Below, piece by piece: positions 16,230 to 25,196 of a stretch of DNA of 25,610 nt. The DNA is taken from the IMG/VR virus record IMGVR_UViG_3300037420_001576, positions 1 through 25,610 of that record. The stretch is one strand, 5' to 3'. Source of the DNA: a virus (lineage: Duplodnaviria > Caudoviricetes). The position numbers were made by a program, and so were the translations under genes. The notes under the pieces were generated by a model that saw only the letters and a list, made by a program, of their open reading frames with translations, made no database searches and had not been told where the DNA came from. The number at the start of each line of letters is the position of its first letter. The first letter of the stretch is position 1.

Positions 16230-16546
16230 AGGAAACTTACCTTTCGATAGCTTTTAAGGATTCGCTTTAAATCCGTAGGCAAATCATCTGCAAAGGCGAA
16301 AGATGCTCCGATATTTTCGTTTGTTTTTCCAGCTCTAAGGCGAGTGTCGGGATTGATTGCCCGAACACATAAATAAAGCACCACATCATCAAGAGCTAAT
16401 TCAACTGAAAAATCGATATCCTCATTTTTGCAATAGCGTTTAATGGAAGCTTGCGTTCTATCGATTACTTTTTGATAGTAAACATCTTGCGTAGTATCCG
16501 TAGCTTCGATATGAAATTCGTCTTTAATGTCTTGTATTGTAATCAT
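16226..16546 (-). CDS. Head-tail adaptor (SPP1 gp15 / HK97 gp6-like)
   Basis: IKRYCKN..LPTDLKRILKSYRKV; synteny. Confidence 0.8.
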   Translation of the reverse strand: MITIQDIKDEFHIEATDTTQDVYYQKVIDRTQASIKRYCKNEDIDFSVELALDDVVLYLCVRAINPDTRLRAGKTNENIGASFAFADDLPTDLKRILKSYRKVSFL

Positions 16547-16695
16547 TGAGCATCAGCCTTCTTTTTCGGCTTCGTATTTGCCTTTATTTCGGCTTTAATT
16601 TCTTCGTCAGGTATAATCACCTTAACTGCTTCTTCAACTGGCTTATTTTCAGGCTCATTTTGAAGCTTGTTTTCTTTATGTCTTCTTAAAATCAT
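16543..16695 (-). CDS. 50-aa capsid-adjacent protein
   Basis: Not in the ORF track. AAGGGGGG RBS, MILRRHKENK..., ATGA overlap with the next gene. Confidence 0.7.
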   Translation of the reverse strand: MILRRHKENKLQNEPENKPVEEAVKVIIPDEEIKAEIKANTKPKKKADAQ

Positions 16696-16716
16696 TGTTT
16701 TGCCCCCCTTTTATAA

Positions 16717-16742
16717 ATAAAAGGGAAGGCTAACACCTTCCC
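16717..16742 (-). terminator. Terminator after the capsid gene
   Basis: GGGAAGG-tgttag-CCTTCCC-TTTT. Confidence 0.75.
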
Positions 16743-16757
16743 TAATACATAACTAAC

Positions 16758-17564
16758 TTAGATAGCGAAAGTTGCTTTAACTGCTTTGCTTTCGTCTACA
16801 AGAGCAGCAACATAATGCTCAGTAGCAGCTACAACAACAGTACCAGCCAAGATATCTTTATCAGTTTCAACTTGAACATCTTGCTTCAAGAAGATAGCCA
16901 AAGCACCTTCTTTAACGATGAAGTTTGTGAAGTCAGAAGCACCTTTTGGAACACGATTCGAAACAACGATAGTAGCTCCTGCAACTTGTCCGATAGCACC
17001 AGATACAACAGAACCAAGATTTCCTTGAATAAAGTTGCTATCAGTTTGGATAGCAGGGCGTTGTTCTGGGTGAATGAAGAAATACTTAGGAGCTTCATCT
17101 TCTTCAGCAAATTTAGCCAAAGCGTTTACGATTCCTGCATAGCTAATCTTTCCAGCAGAACCATCGTATGTAAGAGTAGCACCATTTAAAGCATCTACAA
17201 GGTCAGCATCAACTTTAGAAGCGATAGCATCAACCAATTGCTTGTTTGCTTGTCCTACAGGATCGCCATAGCCAGAATTGATTGCTTCTACAGAAAGCTC
17301 AACAGCTTTCCCGATTTTTTTCACTTGAGCTTGTTGCGTGGAAGTAGATAATACAGTAGTTCCCATTGCTACGCCTTCAGCTACGTCAGCAGCATCGCCA
17401 ATGTAAGCGTATTTTGGAATTGTGATAGTGTTTCCAGGTTGTCCTTGTAAAGTAGTATCGAGTTTTGCAAGTGGAGCAAAACGAATTTTGCTAGGTAGTT
17501 CAGCCGAAATCATATCAGCCATTACTTCAGGATTTACAAGGTTGTTTAAGTTAGTGTTTGCCAT
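16758..17564 (-). CDS. Major capsid protein (N4-gp56 family)
   Basis: LVNPEVMADMIS..DTTLQGQPGNTITIPKYAYIGDAADVAEG..SGYGDPVG. Confidence 0.95.
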   Translation of the reverse strand: MANTNLNNLVNPEVMADMISAELPSKIRFAPLAKLDTTLQGQPGNTITIPKYAYIGDAADVAEGVAMGTTVLSTSTQQAQVKKIGKAVELSVEAINSGYGDPVGQANKQLVDAIASKVDADLVDALNGATLTYDGSAGKISYAGIVNALAKFAEEDEAPKYFFIHPEQRPAIQTDSNFIQGNLGSVVSGAIGQVAGATIVVSNRVPKGASDFTNFIVKEGALAIFLKQDVQVETDKDILAGTVVVAATEHYVAALVDESKAVKATFAI

Positions 17565-17585
17565 TTAAAAATTCCCCCTTTAATT

Positions 17586-18242
17586 TTAACCCTTTAATAG
17601 TTTTTCATATAGCTCAGGGCTTTTTTGTTTTAGAGCTACACGTTCTGGATACGTCATTTTCTTGAATTGTTCTTTTGTAATTGTTCCTGCATCATCCTTA
17701 TCCGTTTGATGAGGAGTACGAGCAGCAGAACCAATTTTAGCTTCAACTGCTTGCTTAAGCGTTTCAGCCCATACCGTTTCTAATAGTTCAATGTTCTTAA
17801 CCGTTTCTTCCTCATCACCTCCTAAAAAGTAATCTACTAATTGGAAAGGAAGATTCTTTTCTTTCGCTAGATCCTTAACTTTTACTTTTAGATTAGCTCT
17901 ACCTGTTTCCTTTTTGCCACGCTCAATTTCCTCACGTAATTCGCGAATCATCTTTTGCGTTTCATCTTCAACAACGCCTCTGTTTTTCAATTCGTCCTGT
18001 ATGATTTTGTCTAGGTTGTTCTTCTTCCACGTATCCAAATGCTCTGCTTTGGATTTATCGTAAAAGCTTTGTCCTTCAGGAACTTCGTTAAGATACTTTT
18101 TAATGGAATCAATGCTAAGTTCTGGCTTAGGAGCAAAGCTACCAAGCAAGCCCTTTACATCTTCACTGTCTTTGTTTGCTTCTATAAAGCTTTTAATTGC
18201 ATCTAAATTTACTTCTGGTTGATTTGTTTGATTATCACTCAT
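17586..18242 (-). CDS. Capsid scaffolding protein (DUF4355-like)
   Basis: GGAGGGG RBS before ATG 18242. TWKKNNL, coiled coil, ITKEQFKKMTYPER..L C-terminus. Confidence 0.85.
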   Translation of the reverse strand: MSDNQTNQPEVNLDAIKSFIEANKDSEDVKGLLGSFAPKPELSIDSIKKYLNEVPEGQSFYDKSKAEHLDTWKKNNLDKIIQDELKNRGVVEDETQKMIRELREEIERGKKETGRANLKVKVKDLAKEKNLPFQLVDYFLGGDEEETVKNIELLETVWAETLKQAVEAKIGSAARTPHQTDKDDAGTITKEQFKKMTYPERVALKQKSPELYEKLLKG

Positions 18243-18315
18243 TCTATACCCCTCCATATGCCCTACACGTAAGCATATAGCCCCCATGTAGTTCAAGAAA
18301 TTTGGTGATTCATTG

Positions 18316-18337
18316 AAAAAGCCTAGCTAAGTAGGCT
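18316..18337 (-). terminator. Terminator after the minor head gene
   Basis: AGCCTA-cttagc-TAGGCT-TTTT. Confidence 0.6.
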
Positions 18338-19239
18338 CATTTACTCTTATCCATCTTATCAAAATCAAGTATGATCTCATCTGGTAGAGCTGGAACAATA
18401 CGACAACGACAATTTACATCTAATGCAGCAGCTCCGAATTGATGAGGAGCTGGAGCTTCATAAACAAAGCCCTTATAGTTAATCTTAAAGCTTCCTGTAA
18501 CAGGTACTTTCTTACCATCGAGCATCGTATGGCTATGCCGAACCCATTTATCATGTAAGCTCTGCCATTCTTTCTCCATTGTTACGCCTTTATCTTCAAG
18601 CATCTTTAAGCTATCCAATCTTCCAGCGTTTTTTACTCTGTTTAGCTCTGTTCGTACTAAGGTTTGAGCTTTGCTTAAATCAGAACCCATTCTAGCTTGT
18701 ACAAGTTTAGAAAGTTCAGCGTAGGATTTGCCTAAAATCAAGCCCTGCGTTATGTCCTGCTGTAAAGCAAGCCCTAACGCCCTGCCATGAGAAGTAAGCC
18801 TATCTTCTAGCGTCATTCCACCCACTTGTAAATTAATGATTGCATTAAGTTCTTTTGCATCAGGGAACGCATAAAGAAGCTCATAGCCAGCTGGAATGTT
18901 ACCAGCAATCGCATCATTTATGATAGTGAATGTTCCCTTATGCTCGTGTTCATACGTAGCTTGCATTGCTTTTGTGATATAGTCCATTTTAAACTTTGTT
19001 AAGCTGTACACTTTATTGTTTATATCGTTGATCATAGAATTGTACTTGTTCACTCGTTGCAAATCAGCGTATGTTAATAAGTTATCTGCGTTTTCATACT
19101 TCCGATAAATTGCACCAAGCTCGGCGTACATATCATCTAAGCTATCTTTGTAAAGCTTAATCATACGCTTTTCTGTAGGCTTAAGACCTAGCTTATCCGT
19201 AGCTTTATCGAGCTTATCAAACTCTGTTTCTAAATTCAT
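18337..19239 (-). CDS. Minor head protein (SPP1 gp7 / Mu gpF family)
   Basis: AQTLVRTE, KEWQSLHDKWVRHSH..LDG, VNCRC. Confidence 0.92.
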   Translation of the reverse strand: MNLETEFDKLDKATDKLGLKPTEKRMIKLYKDSLDDMYAELGAIYRKYENADNLLTYADLQRVNKYNSMINDINNKVYSLTKFKMDYITKAMQATYEHEHKGTFTIINDAIAGNIPAGYELLYAFPDAKELNAIINLQVGGMTLEDRLTSHGRALGLALQQDITQGLILGKSYAELSKLVQARMGSDLSKAQTLVRTELNRVKNAGRLDSLKMLEDKGVTMEKEWQSLHDKWVRHSHTMLDGKKVPVTGSFKINYKGFVYEAPAPHQFGAAALDVNCRCRIVPALPDEIILDFDKMDKSK

Positions 19240-19245
19240 ACATTA

Positions 19246-20625
19246 TCACTTCCCATCTTCAGGAACGATACCAGCATTCGGATCTAGAAGTGATTTATCG
19301 AAAGCATCACCTAAGATATCTACGTTTTGAGCTTCCTCTTTCATCTTTTGCTTTTCCCATTCTACATCGTCTACTAAACCGCCCAGAACCGAAAGGCGAG
19401 TATCTTCTGAAACTTGACCTTTAAGCCCTGTAGCTACTTGAGCTAAGTACAATAAATCAACAGGAACGTTTCTTGAGAATGTCCAATACACATCTAAGTA
19501 ATCAACTGGCATCCCTTTTACATTCCATGCATGACAGATACGCTCAAATAAATCACGCAACGCTTTAGAGAATTTACGCTCTTTAATGATCGCTTTATTC
19601 TCCATTGCTAGAAGCTTCCACTTCTTCGCTTCCCCTGATTCCGCTCCTCCTGAGAAAGCTTGGTCAAACATATCAGGCGTTGCCGAGAACTTGTAGATGT
19701 TTTCATTTAGCGTTTTCTTTTGGTTTTCAATGAAGGTATCATTGATTTGCTTGGTGATAAATTCTACTTTATCCTCAGGCTCAAGCCCTGAAAATGTTCC
19801 TGATTCTTTAATTCTAGCTAGTGTTGCATCATCAATTTCAGCACCAGTGATGAGCATATAAGCTAAGCGAAATTGATCAATTTCATCTTGAACGGTTGAA
19901 ACGAGGAAGTCGTATTTATCAATTAGCTCTTCTACCTTTTCAAAATCCCCCATCAGCTCTGAGTTATTGTCTACACGAATGAGCGTAGGCTTACCGAAGA
20001 TATGAGGAAGTGGATTTATAACTTCTGAAGAATCAAGCTCATAATCACCTTTTTCATTTGCAACATAAAACCACACTTCTGTTGCTGTATGAACTTCAGC
20101 TTTATATACAGTTATTGGTTGGTTTTTTGCGTTTAAACGAGTTACAGGATAATAACGAATAGCTAATGTGTTCTCTCCTGTGCGTTCATCATCTACAAAG
20201 ATGCATTCCCAAGGATTGATTTCCATGATTCGTTCTTTCGCTTGCTCATCATGATATAGATACCAAACCCCATAGCCACAGATTCGGCTCATTTTATCGG
20301 TTTCTGCAAATGAATCATCTGCATTATTGCGAACTAAAAAGCGTTGCAGCTCTTTATCATATAGCGGATATAAGTTAGCATCATAATTTAAGCTATCTAA
20401 GTTAAAGCGAATTGGCTTACCAAATAAATAGCCATTGTGCTGGTCAACAATGATTCCTCTGTAGTCATTTTTAATCTTGTTATTGGCTTTGCTTGTTTTG
20501 CTGACTTCCTTTTGAAGAATTGGAAGTTCTTTTCCCTTATAGCTTTGATATAGCTTAAAAAGCCTATCTCTTTTTTGAAAGTTGTCATCTATGTATTTTT
20601 TTAGTAGTCCTACATCTATCAACAC
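19246..20625 (-). CDS. Portal protein, SPP1 gp6 family
   Basis: NNKI..IVDQHNGYLFGKPI, GDFEKVEELIDKYD, SGEAKKWKL, FSRNVP. Confidence 0.95.
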   Translation of the reverse strand: MLIDVGLLKKYIDDNFQKRDRLFKLYQSYKGKELPILQKEVSKTSKANNKIKNDYRGIIVDQHNGYLFGKPIRFNLDSLNYDANLYPLYDKELQRFLVRNNADDSFAETDKMSRICGYGVWYLYHDEQAKERIMEINPWECIFVDDERTGENTLAIRYYPVTRLNAKNQPITVYKAEVHTATEVWFYVANEKGDYELDSSEVINPLPHIFGKPTLIRVDNNSELMGDFEKVEELIDKYDFLVSTVQDEIDQFRLAYMLITGAEIDDATLARIKESGTFSGLEPEDKVEFITKQINDTFIENQKKTLNENIYKFSATPDMFDQAFSGGAESGEAKKWKLLAMENKAIIKERKFSKALRDLFERICHAWNVKGMPVDYLDVYWTFSRNVPVDLLYLAQVATGLKGQVSEDTRLSVLGGLVDDVEWEKQKMKEEAQNVDILGDAFDKSLLDPNAGIVPEDGK

Positions 20626-20638
20626 GAATCACCTCCTT

Positions 20639-21877
20639 TTAGTAAAGGCTAAGCCCTGCTTTCACTTTCTTTTTCTGCTTTTTCATCTCCATCGCATACC
20701 GCATCGCATCCATTAAGTGATTATTAAAGTCCACAGGCTCATCATAAACCCTGCCTGCTTTATCTTCTTTGTATTTGTAGCTTCTGATTTCTTTAATGAA
20801 GTTTTCACAACGAGGATGAATGTACACCTTATGCGATTTAATTAAATCAATCCCAAACTTAATTGAGCCTTGTCCTTTTTCAGCTGGCTTCGCTTTTAAA
20901 AAGCCTGCTTTTTTAAATTCTTTAATTCGATCAGGCTCAGCTGAATCACAAATAAGCCAATCGTCTAAGCTTTGCTTTGTCTTAATGATTTCGATTAGCT
21001 CAGGATTTGTTAGCTCTGTTTGATACAATTCATCGAATACATACAGCTCATTATCTTTTATGCCAATGCGAACATAAGCACTCGGATCGTTAAAACCAAA
21101 ATCAAGCCCAGAATAAACAATCGGATAATCGCTTGCTTTTGTAGGAATTTCTTTTACCTGATAATTGCTATAAATAATGCTGCCCAAGCTTCCCCAATCT
21201 CCTAATGCATAAATTCTGTAGTAGTCGGGATTGGTTTCTTTAAGCTTCTCCATGTTCCGCTTGTACTGCTCATCTAGAAAAGGATTATCAAGGTATGTTG
21301 TTTTAATAATCGTTGCATCTGCATCATGCATATCAAAGAAGCGTAGCTTAAGCCAATTATCTTCTGAAACTGGATTAAAGCTTAAGATGTATTGAACATA
21401 ATGCTTTAAGTTGTTGCCCCTGATACGTAAATTCAGCTGCTCAAACTCAGCTAGGCTTAGCTCACTTGCTTCTTCAATCCATACGCCAGTTATACCGAAT
21501 ATTGATTTGAGCTTTTCAACATCATCTGTTCCACGAAAAATCATGCGATTGCCATTTACACAACGAATCTCTAATGGGCTTAGCCTGAACTCAAATAAGC
21601 TTTCTAAGCCCCACGCTTCTATGGTAGCTTTGATTAGGTTGTACATCGTTTCCTTTAGGTTTACTGCATGCTTTCTAACGCCTAAGAATGTATGCCCATC
21701 TTCTGAGAGCATTCGATAGATGATTTTACCACATGCAAACCAGCTCTTCCCAGAACCAGCACCACCATAAAGAAGAAGGAAGCGAGAAGTATCCGCTAAG
21801 CAATTATTGGCTAAGTATACAGGAGCAAATACTTTGCTTGAAATGTTGATGTTAACTTCATTCTTCATCATCATCAA
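20639..21877 (-). CDS. terL: Terminase large subunit, PBSX family
   Basis: Walker A GGAGSGKS, WIEEASE, SFNP, GLDFGFNDP, NHLMDAMRYA. Confidence 0.97.
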   Translation of the reverse strand: MMMMKNEVNINISSKVFAPVYLANNCLADTSRFLLLYGGAGSGKSWFACGKIIYRMLSEDGHTFLGVRKHAVNLKETMYNLIKATIEAWGLESLFEFRLSPLEIRCVNGNRMIFRGTDDVEKLKSIFGITGVWIEEASELSLAEFEQLNLRIRGNNLKHYVQYILSFNPVSEDNWLKLRFFDMHDADATIIKTTYLDNPFLDEQYKRNMEKLKETNPDYYRIYALGDWGSLGSIIYSNYQVKEIPTKASDYPIVYSGLDFGFNDPSAYVRIGIKDNELYVFDELYQTELTNPELIEIIKTKQSLDDWLICDSAEPDRIKEFKKAGFLKAKPAEKGQGSIKFGIDLIKSHKVYIHPRCENFIKEIRSYKYKEDKAGRVYDEPVDFNNHLMDAMRYAMEMKKQKKKVKAGLSLY

Positions 21878-22319
21878 CTAACTTTACATTGAACGTAAAG
21901 CCTGTAGCTTCTACTTTCACATCACTCTTTTCCCGCCATTCTTCAGGCTCTCTGTTTTGAAGCCAAGCTAAGATAGCTTTTTCATTGGCTGGAATGTGTT
22001 TTCGAGTACGCTTTGTTTTAATCAATGCTCCTGATTCATCATAGATCTCTTCCACTTCATCATAGAAGTATCCTGTAGCTTTTTTATAAAGGCTCTCTTT
22101 TACTACATAATCCGCTTCCGCTTTTGCATTCTTTAAGCTTTCAGCAAATCTTGGATATTTGTTTTTATAGTTATAGAGAGTAGCTAAGCTAATTCCTAAT
22201 CGCTTCGCTATCTCTGAATCAATCAACCCTTCTCTGCCCCAGCTTTCGAATTGTTTTAGATTATCCTCATCTGCAAAGTATGCAGCATCATACTTTTCTT
22301 TAGCTCCTCTTTTGGCCAT
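21858..22319 (-). CDS. terS: Terminase small subunit
   Basis: HTH (EIAKRLGISLATLYNYK), SLYKKATGY, AWLQNREPEEWR; overlaps terL. Confidence 0.88.
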   Translation of the reverse strand: MAKRGAKEKYDAAYFADEDNLKQFESWGREGLIDSEIAKRLGISLATLYNYKNKYPRFAESLKNAKAEADYVVKESLYKKATGYFYDEVEEIYDESGALIKTKRTRKHIPANEKAILAWLQNREPEEWREKSDVKVEATGFTFNVKLVDDDEE

Positions 22320-22336
22320 TAGCTTACACCTCCTAT

Positions 22337-22531
22337 CTATAAACTGAATCTATCCATTTCCTCTAAGCTTATTTCATGCTGCTTGATTTTCTTTTGCTTC
22401 TTTTTATATTCGCTACGGTTATTTGTTAAGAACTTTTCCCATTCTTCACGCTCACCGTATGGCTTTTTATTCATTTCTTTATAAAGCTTCTTTAGCTTTT
22501 TTTGCATTTCTCTGTCATAGGAATCTAACAT
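22337..22531 (-). CDS. Small basic hypothetical protein at the start of the late operon
   Basis: GAGGGG RBS; 64 aa. Confidence 0.65.
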   Translation of the reverse strand: MLDSYDREMQKKLKKLYKEMNKKPYGEREEWEKFLTNNRSEYKKKQKKIKQHEISLEEMDRFSL

Positions 22532-22544
22532 ATATTTATCCCCT

Positions 22545-22590
22545 CACTTTATATAAAGGTTTAGTGACACATTTTTACTGCCAAAATTTC
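22545..22590 (-). promoter_or_regulatory. Putative late promoter
   Basis: TTTTGGCAG..GTGTCAC..TTTATATA in the last intergenic gap before the terS operon. No sigma-A -35 element. Confidence 0.45.
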
Positions 22591-22618
22591 TGAAATTTCT
22601 TTTAGGCGTTCAAAAAAT

Positions 22619-22780
22619 CTAACTATTCTTTCCATTTTTAAACAAGCTAACAACAGCTAAAGCTAAGTTCATGCTGTAAAAGCTTTGCAAGAAGCTTGTA
22701 TCAGCTCCAAACAAATTCAAGATAGCCGTTAGAGCAGCTGGCAACAAATAAAAGTACATGATCAAAGCTAGTAGTTTCAT
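22619..22780 (-). CDS. 53-aa two-TM membrane protein
   Basis: Not in the ORF track. GGAGG RBS, ATGA overlap. MKLLALIMYFYLLPAALTAILNLFG... Confidence 0.7.
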   Translation of the reverse strand: MKLLALIMYFYLLPAALTAILNLFGADTSFLQSFYSMNLALAVVSLFKNGKNS

Positions 22781-23049
22781 AAAATAATTCCTCCTTGCTC
22801 AATGTGTTGCTGGATGCGTTTGTTTACTTCCTCTTCAATTACTTGAGCTAAATCCTTCTTCTTTGTTTTTTCTTTATCCTGAAAATAAGTAATGATATCT
22901 ACTGCTTCGATTTCGCCCTCTATTTCCTTGAATTGATTATCAATTTCTTCTAACCCATCTACTAGCTCATCAAATGTTGAAAAGTCCAATTCTACCCCTT
23001 TTCCGTTCGTTAAATAGATAACGATTGCAAACTTTTGTTTATGATTCAT
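22777..23049 (-). CDS. Hypothetical acidic protein
   Basis: GGAGGGG RBS; ATGA coupling. Confidence 0.75.
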   Translation of the reverse strand: MNHKQKFAIVIYLTNGKGVELDFSTFDELVDGLEEIDNQFKEIEGEIEAVDIITYFQDKEKTKKKDLAQVIEEEVNKRIQQHIEQGGIIL

Positions 23050-23411
23050 ATAAACTCCCCTCCTCTAAGTTCTACTTCCATGAGCAATAAAAGCCTTGTG
23101 TTTTCATCTTCATGCAGTTCTTGGATGATTTGCTTTCTGTTTCTTTTCATGTACTCGATATAAAACTCTTCCTGCTGATGGTACTCTTTAGGATCTATGC
23201 TACCTTTATAACATAGTTCCAAATCACATCCGAAATCATCCATCGTTGCATTGGTTACATAATTTAAGCTATGGAATCGATGAATCGTTTCAGCATATCT
23301 GCATATGTACCTTGAATCTTTTCGTTTTAGCGTAAAGTAAAAGCCTAGCCTTTTATAGTTAGGCTTATACTCTGCATAAAATAGCTCAACATTTTCAGTT
23401 ATTCGGCTCAT
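23046..23411 (-). CDS. Hypothetical protein
   Basis: Likely start at ATG 23411 (MSRITEN), which removes most of the overlap with 23395..23625. Confidence 0.7.
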   Translation of the reverse strand: MSRITENVELFYAEYKPNYKRLGFYFTLKRKDSRYICRYAETIHRFHSLNYVTNATMDDFGCDLELCYKGSIDPKEYHQQEEFYIEYMKRNRKQIIQELHEDENTRLLLLMEVELRGGEFI

Positions 23412-23625
23412 TTTTCTCTTCCTTTTTATTGTAATGAAGTTCTGGCTTTCCTGTTTCAATGTTTGTAATTCTAAAATCATAGCCTTCTTTTTCGCCAAAA
23501 TCGAGGAACAACAACATGCAATTGTGAAAAAGCATAACTAACTTTTTCGCCGACTTTCGGAGCATAACTAACAAGATGCTTTGGATAATAACGATTACTG
23601 CTAAAATACCAATGATCCAGAACAT
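23395..23625 (-). CDS. Small membrane-anchored protein
   Basis: N-terminal TM helix; GGAGG RBS. Confidence 0.7.
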   Translation of the reverse strand: MFWIIGILAVIVIIQSILLVMLRKSAKKLVMLFHNCMLLFLDFGEKEGYDFRITNIETGKPELHYNKKEEKNEPNN

Positions 23626-23832
23626 TTATTTCATCCCTCCTGCAAATAAAACTACACCTAACCAAATTAAAAGCATAGCCAAAGCAAGCATAAATGTAAT
23701 TGAACATGCAATCCAAAATCCTTCTCCTCGATATGTTTTTGAGTCATAGGATTTATCTCTTGCATATGTTACTACCCAATAACAAGAAAAGATATATACA
23801 AATACACAAGCTAGAAAATATACAAATATCAT
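23626..23832 (-). CDS. Small two-TM membrane protein
   Basis: Two hydrophobic helices; tightly packed in the operon. Confidence 0.7.
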   Translation of the reverse strand: MIFVYFLACVFVYIFSCYWVVTYARDKSYDSKTYRGEGFWIACSITFMLALAMLLIWLGVVLFAGGMK

Positions 23833-23833
23833 C

Positions 23834-24142
23834 TTATCTCACCCCATTTAAATAGTCTGTTACTTTTTTAACAATCTCATCTTTCATTCTGAATACGCTA
23901 CGGCTTGAAACATTTAAAACTTGAGCTGCTTCTGATGGCTGTCCTTTTCCCTTCATCATCAAATCAGCTAACACTCTTTCCTGAACGGTTAATCCTGCCT
24001 TATTGCATGCAATTTCTACATCATAAACGGAAAGCAAGATATCCGAATCTGGAGCTAAGCTATAGCTTTCTTTGGAGATGTAACCTTTGTTGAAAATGCT
24101 GCGAACTTGTCCTTCTGTAAAAACCACTTGGCTATCATCCAT
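23834..24142 (-). CDS. Sigma70-region-4/LuxR-like HTH protein, probable late transcription activator
   Basis: LTVQERVLADL..SEAAQVLNVSSRSVFRMKDEIVKKV. GGGAGG RBS before ATG 24142. Confidence 0.75.
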   Translation of the reverse strand: MDDSQVVFTEGQVRSIFNKGYISKESYSLAPDSDILLSVYDVEIACNKAGLTVQERVLADLMMKGKGQPSEAAQVLNVSSRSVFRMKDEIVKKVTDYLNGVR

Positions 24143-24368
24143 TTGTTGCACCTCCCTCAATTGCAGCCCAAACATCTTCTGCTTCTGCTAAATCTACAGC
24201 TGGATTGTAAATGGCAATTTGGCCAAGCTCATTTACCTCAAAATCAAACGGATCATCAGGCGTTAAACCATGTTCAATTACCCCATCTAAATAGCTAATT
24301 ACATCTACTGCGTAAATTCCTTCTAGCTTATGTACAATGTACATCTTTCCTGCTACGATATTATTCAT
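24135..24368 (-). CDS. Hypothetical acidic protein
   Basis: AGGGGGG RBS; operon packing. Confidence 0.7.
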   Translation of the reverse strand: MNNIVAGKMYIVHKLEGIYAVDVISYLDGVIEHGLTPDDPFDFEVNELGQIAIYNPAVDLAEAEDVWAAIEGGATNG

Positions 24369-24584
24369 TTAGAACACCCCCCTGTTATATTTTCTGATTG
24401 AATCTTTAACCTCAATTAACTCTTCTGCTAATTCTTCTACAATTTGGAGCAAAAATACAACATCAGCATCTATTACTTGTTCATCATCATTTACTATCTC
24501 AAATTCTGCTTTATCGATATGCTGTTTGATTCGTTTAATTCGCTCGATGTCTTCTTCAGTTATCATCATCTTTATCCTCCTCAT
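24369..24584 (-). CDS. Hypothetical protein
   Basis: The GAGGAGG RBS suggests the true start is at MMITEED. Confidence 0.7.
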   Translation of the reverse strand: MRRIKMMITEEDIERIKRIKQHIDKAEFEIVNDDEQVIDADVVFLLQIVEELAEELIEVKDSIRKYNRGVF

Positions 24585-24855
24585 CTTCTAGCCCTGCTAA
24601 GAATTTGCCAAAGCTTTCTGCATCAATTTCAACAGCTGGCTTATTGCTGTACTTTTCATGAATGCGATACAGAAAATCATCCATTGTTTCAACCATTTCC
24701 ATGTATTCAATTTCGCTATGATGAACGGCAAACTTATCAATAATAAGCCATCCATCGTATGCAGCCATGATGTCAATTACGTTAGAAAAATCTTTGCCAG
24801 CCATCAGCTCTCCTGTAAATTCTCTCCCTGATCGCGTATACACTTTCAGTTCCAA
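24556..24855 (-). CDS. Hypothetical protein, possible Sm-like beta fold
   Basis: TTG start after GAGGG. KVYTRSGREFTGEL pattern. Confidence 0.65.
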   Translation of the reverse strand: MELKVYTRSGREFTGELMAGKDFSNVIDIMAAYDGWLIIDKFAVHHSEIEYMEMVETMDDFLYRIHEKYSNKPAVEIDAESFGKFLAGLEDEEDKDDDN

Positions 24856-24884
24856 ATCATCACGCCCTCTCAAAAGTAAAAGAA

Positions 24885-24904
24885 GATAAGCTTAGTAGCT
24901 TATC
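24885..24904 (-). terminator. Hairpin/terminator
   Basis: GATAAGCT-4 nt-AGCTTATC followed by a U-rich tract on the minus strand. Confidence 0.55.
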
Positions 24905-24932
24905 CTCTGATTATTTCAGTAAGATAATGTTC

Positions 24933-25196
24933 TTAAAACGTTCTGAATATATGCTTTGGCTTATTGCCATTGTAAATCCCTGCTTTAATGCCTTCATTGA
25001 TACGCTTTCTGATGAATACGATAATATCGAAAACATCGTTTTTATCTTCTGCATCAATATCTACTACTTCCATATCTTTATCTAAAAGCAGCTCATAGCT
25101 TGCTCCGTTGTATACCCCATTCGCTTCATACCCAAAGAAATCCTGAGTAATGGAGAAGCGATGTAAATAGAAATCATCATGTAGAGCTGTTATCAT
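24933..25196 (-). CDS. Hypothetical protein
   Basis: GGAGGTG RBS; TAATG coupling. Confidence 0.7.
   Translation of the reverse strand: MITALHDDFYLHRFSITQDFFGYEANGVYNGASYELLLDKDMEVVDIDAEDKNDVFDIIVFIRKRINEGIKAGIYNGNKPKHIFRTF

Noticed and set aside
23477-23716. Minus-strand 79-aa ORF
   Set aside because: Overlaps two RBS-supported genes in another frame.
7944-24743. Plus-strand ORFs opposite structural and early genes (e.g. 8738, 10061, 12013, 12652, 13169, 16815, 21411, 24444)
   Set aside because: Antisense shadows of conserved genes, with no RBS or protein motifs.
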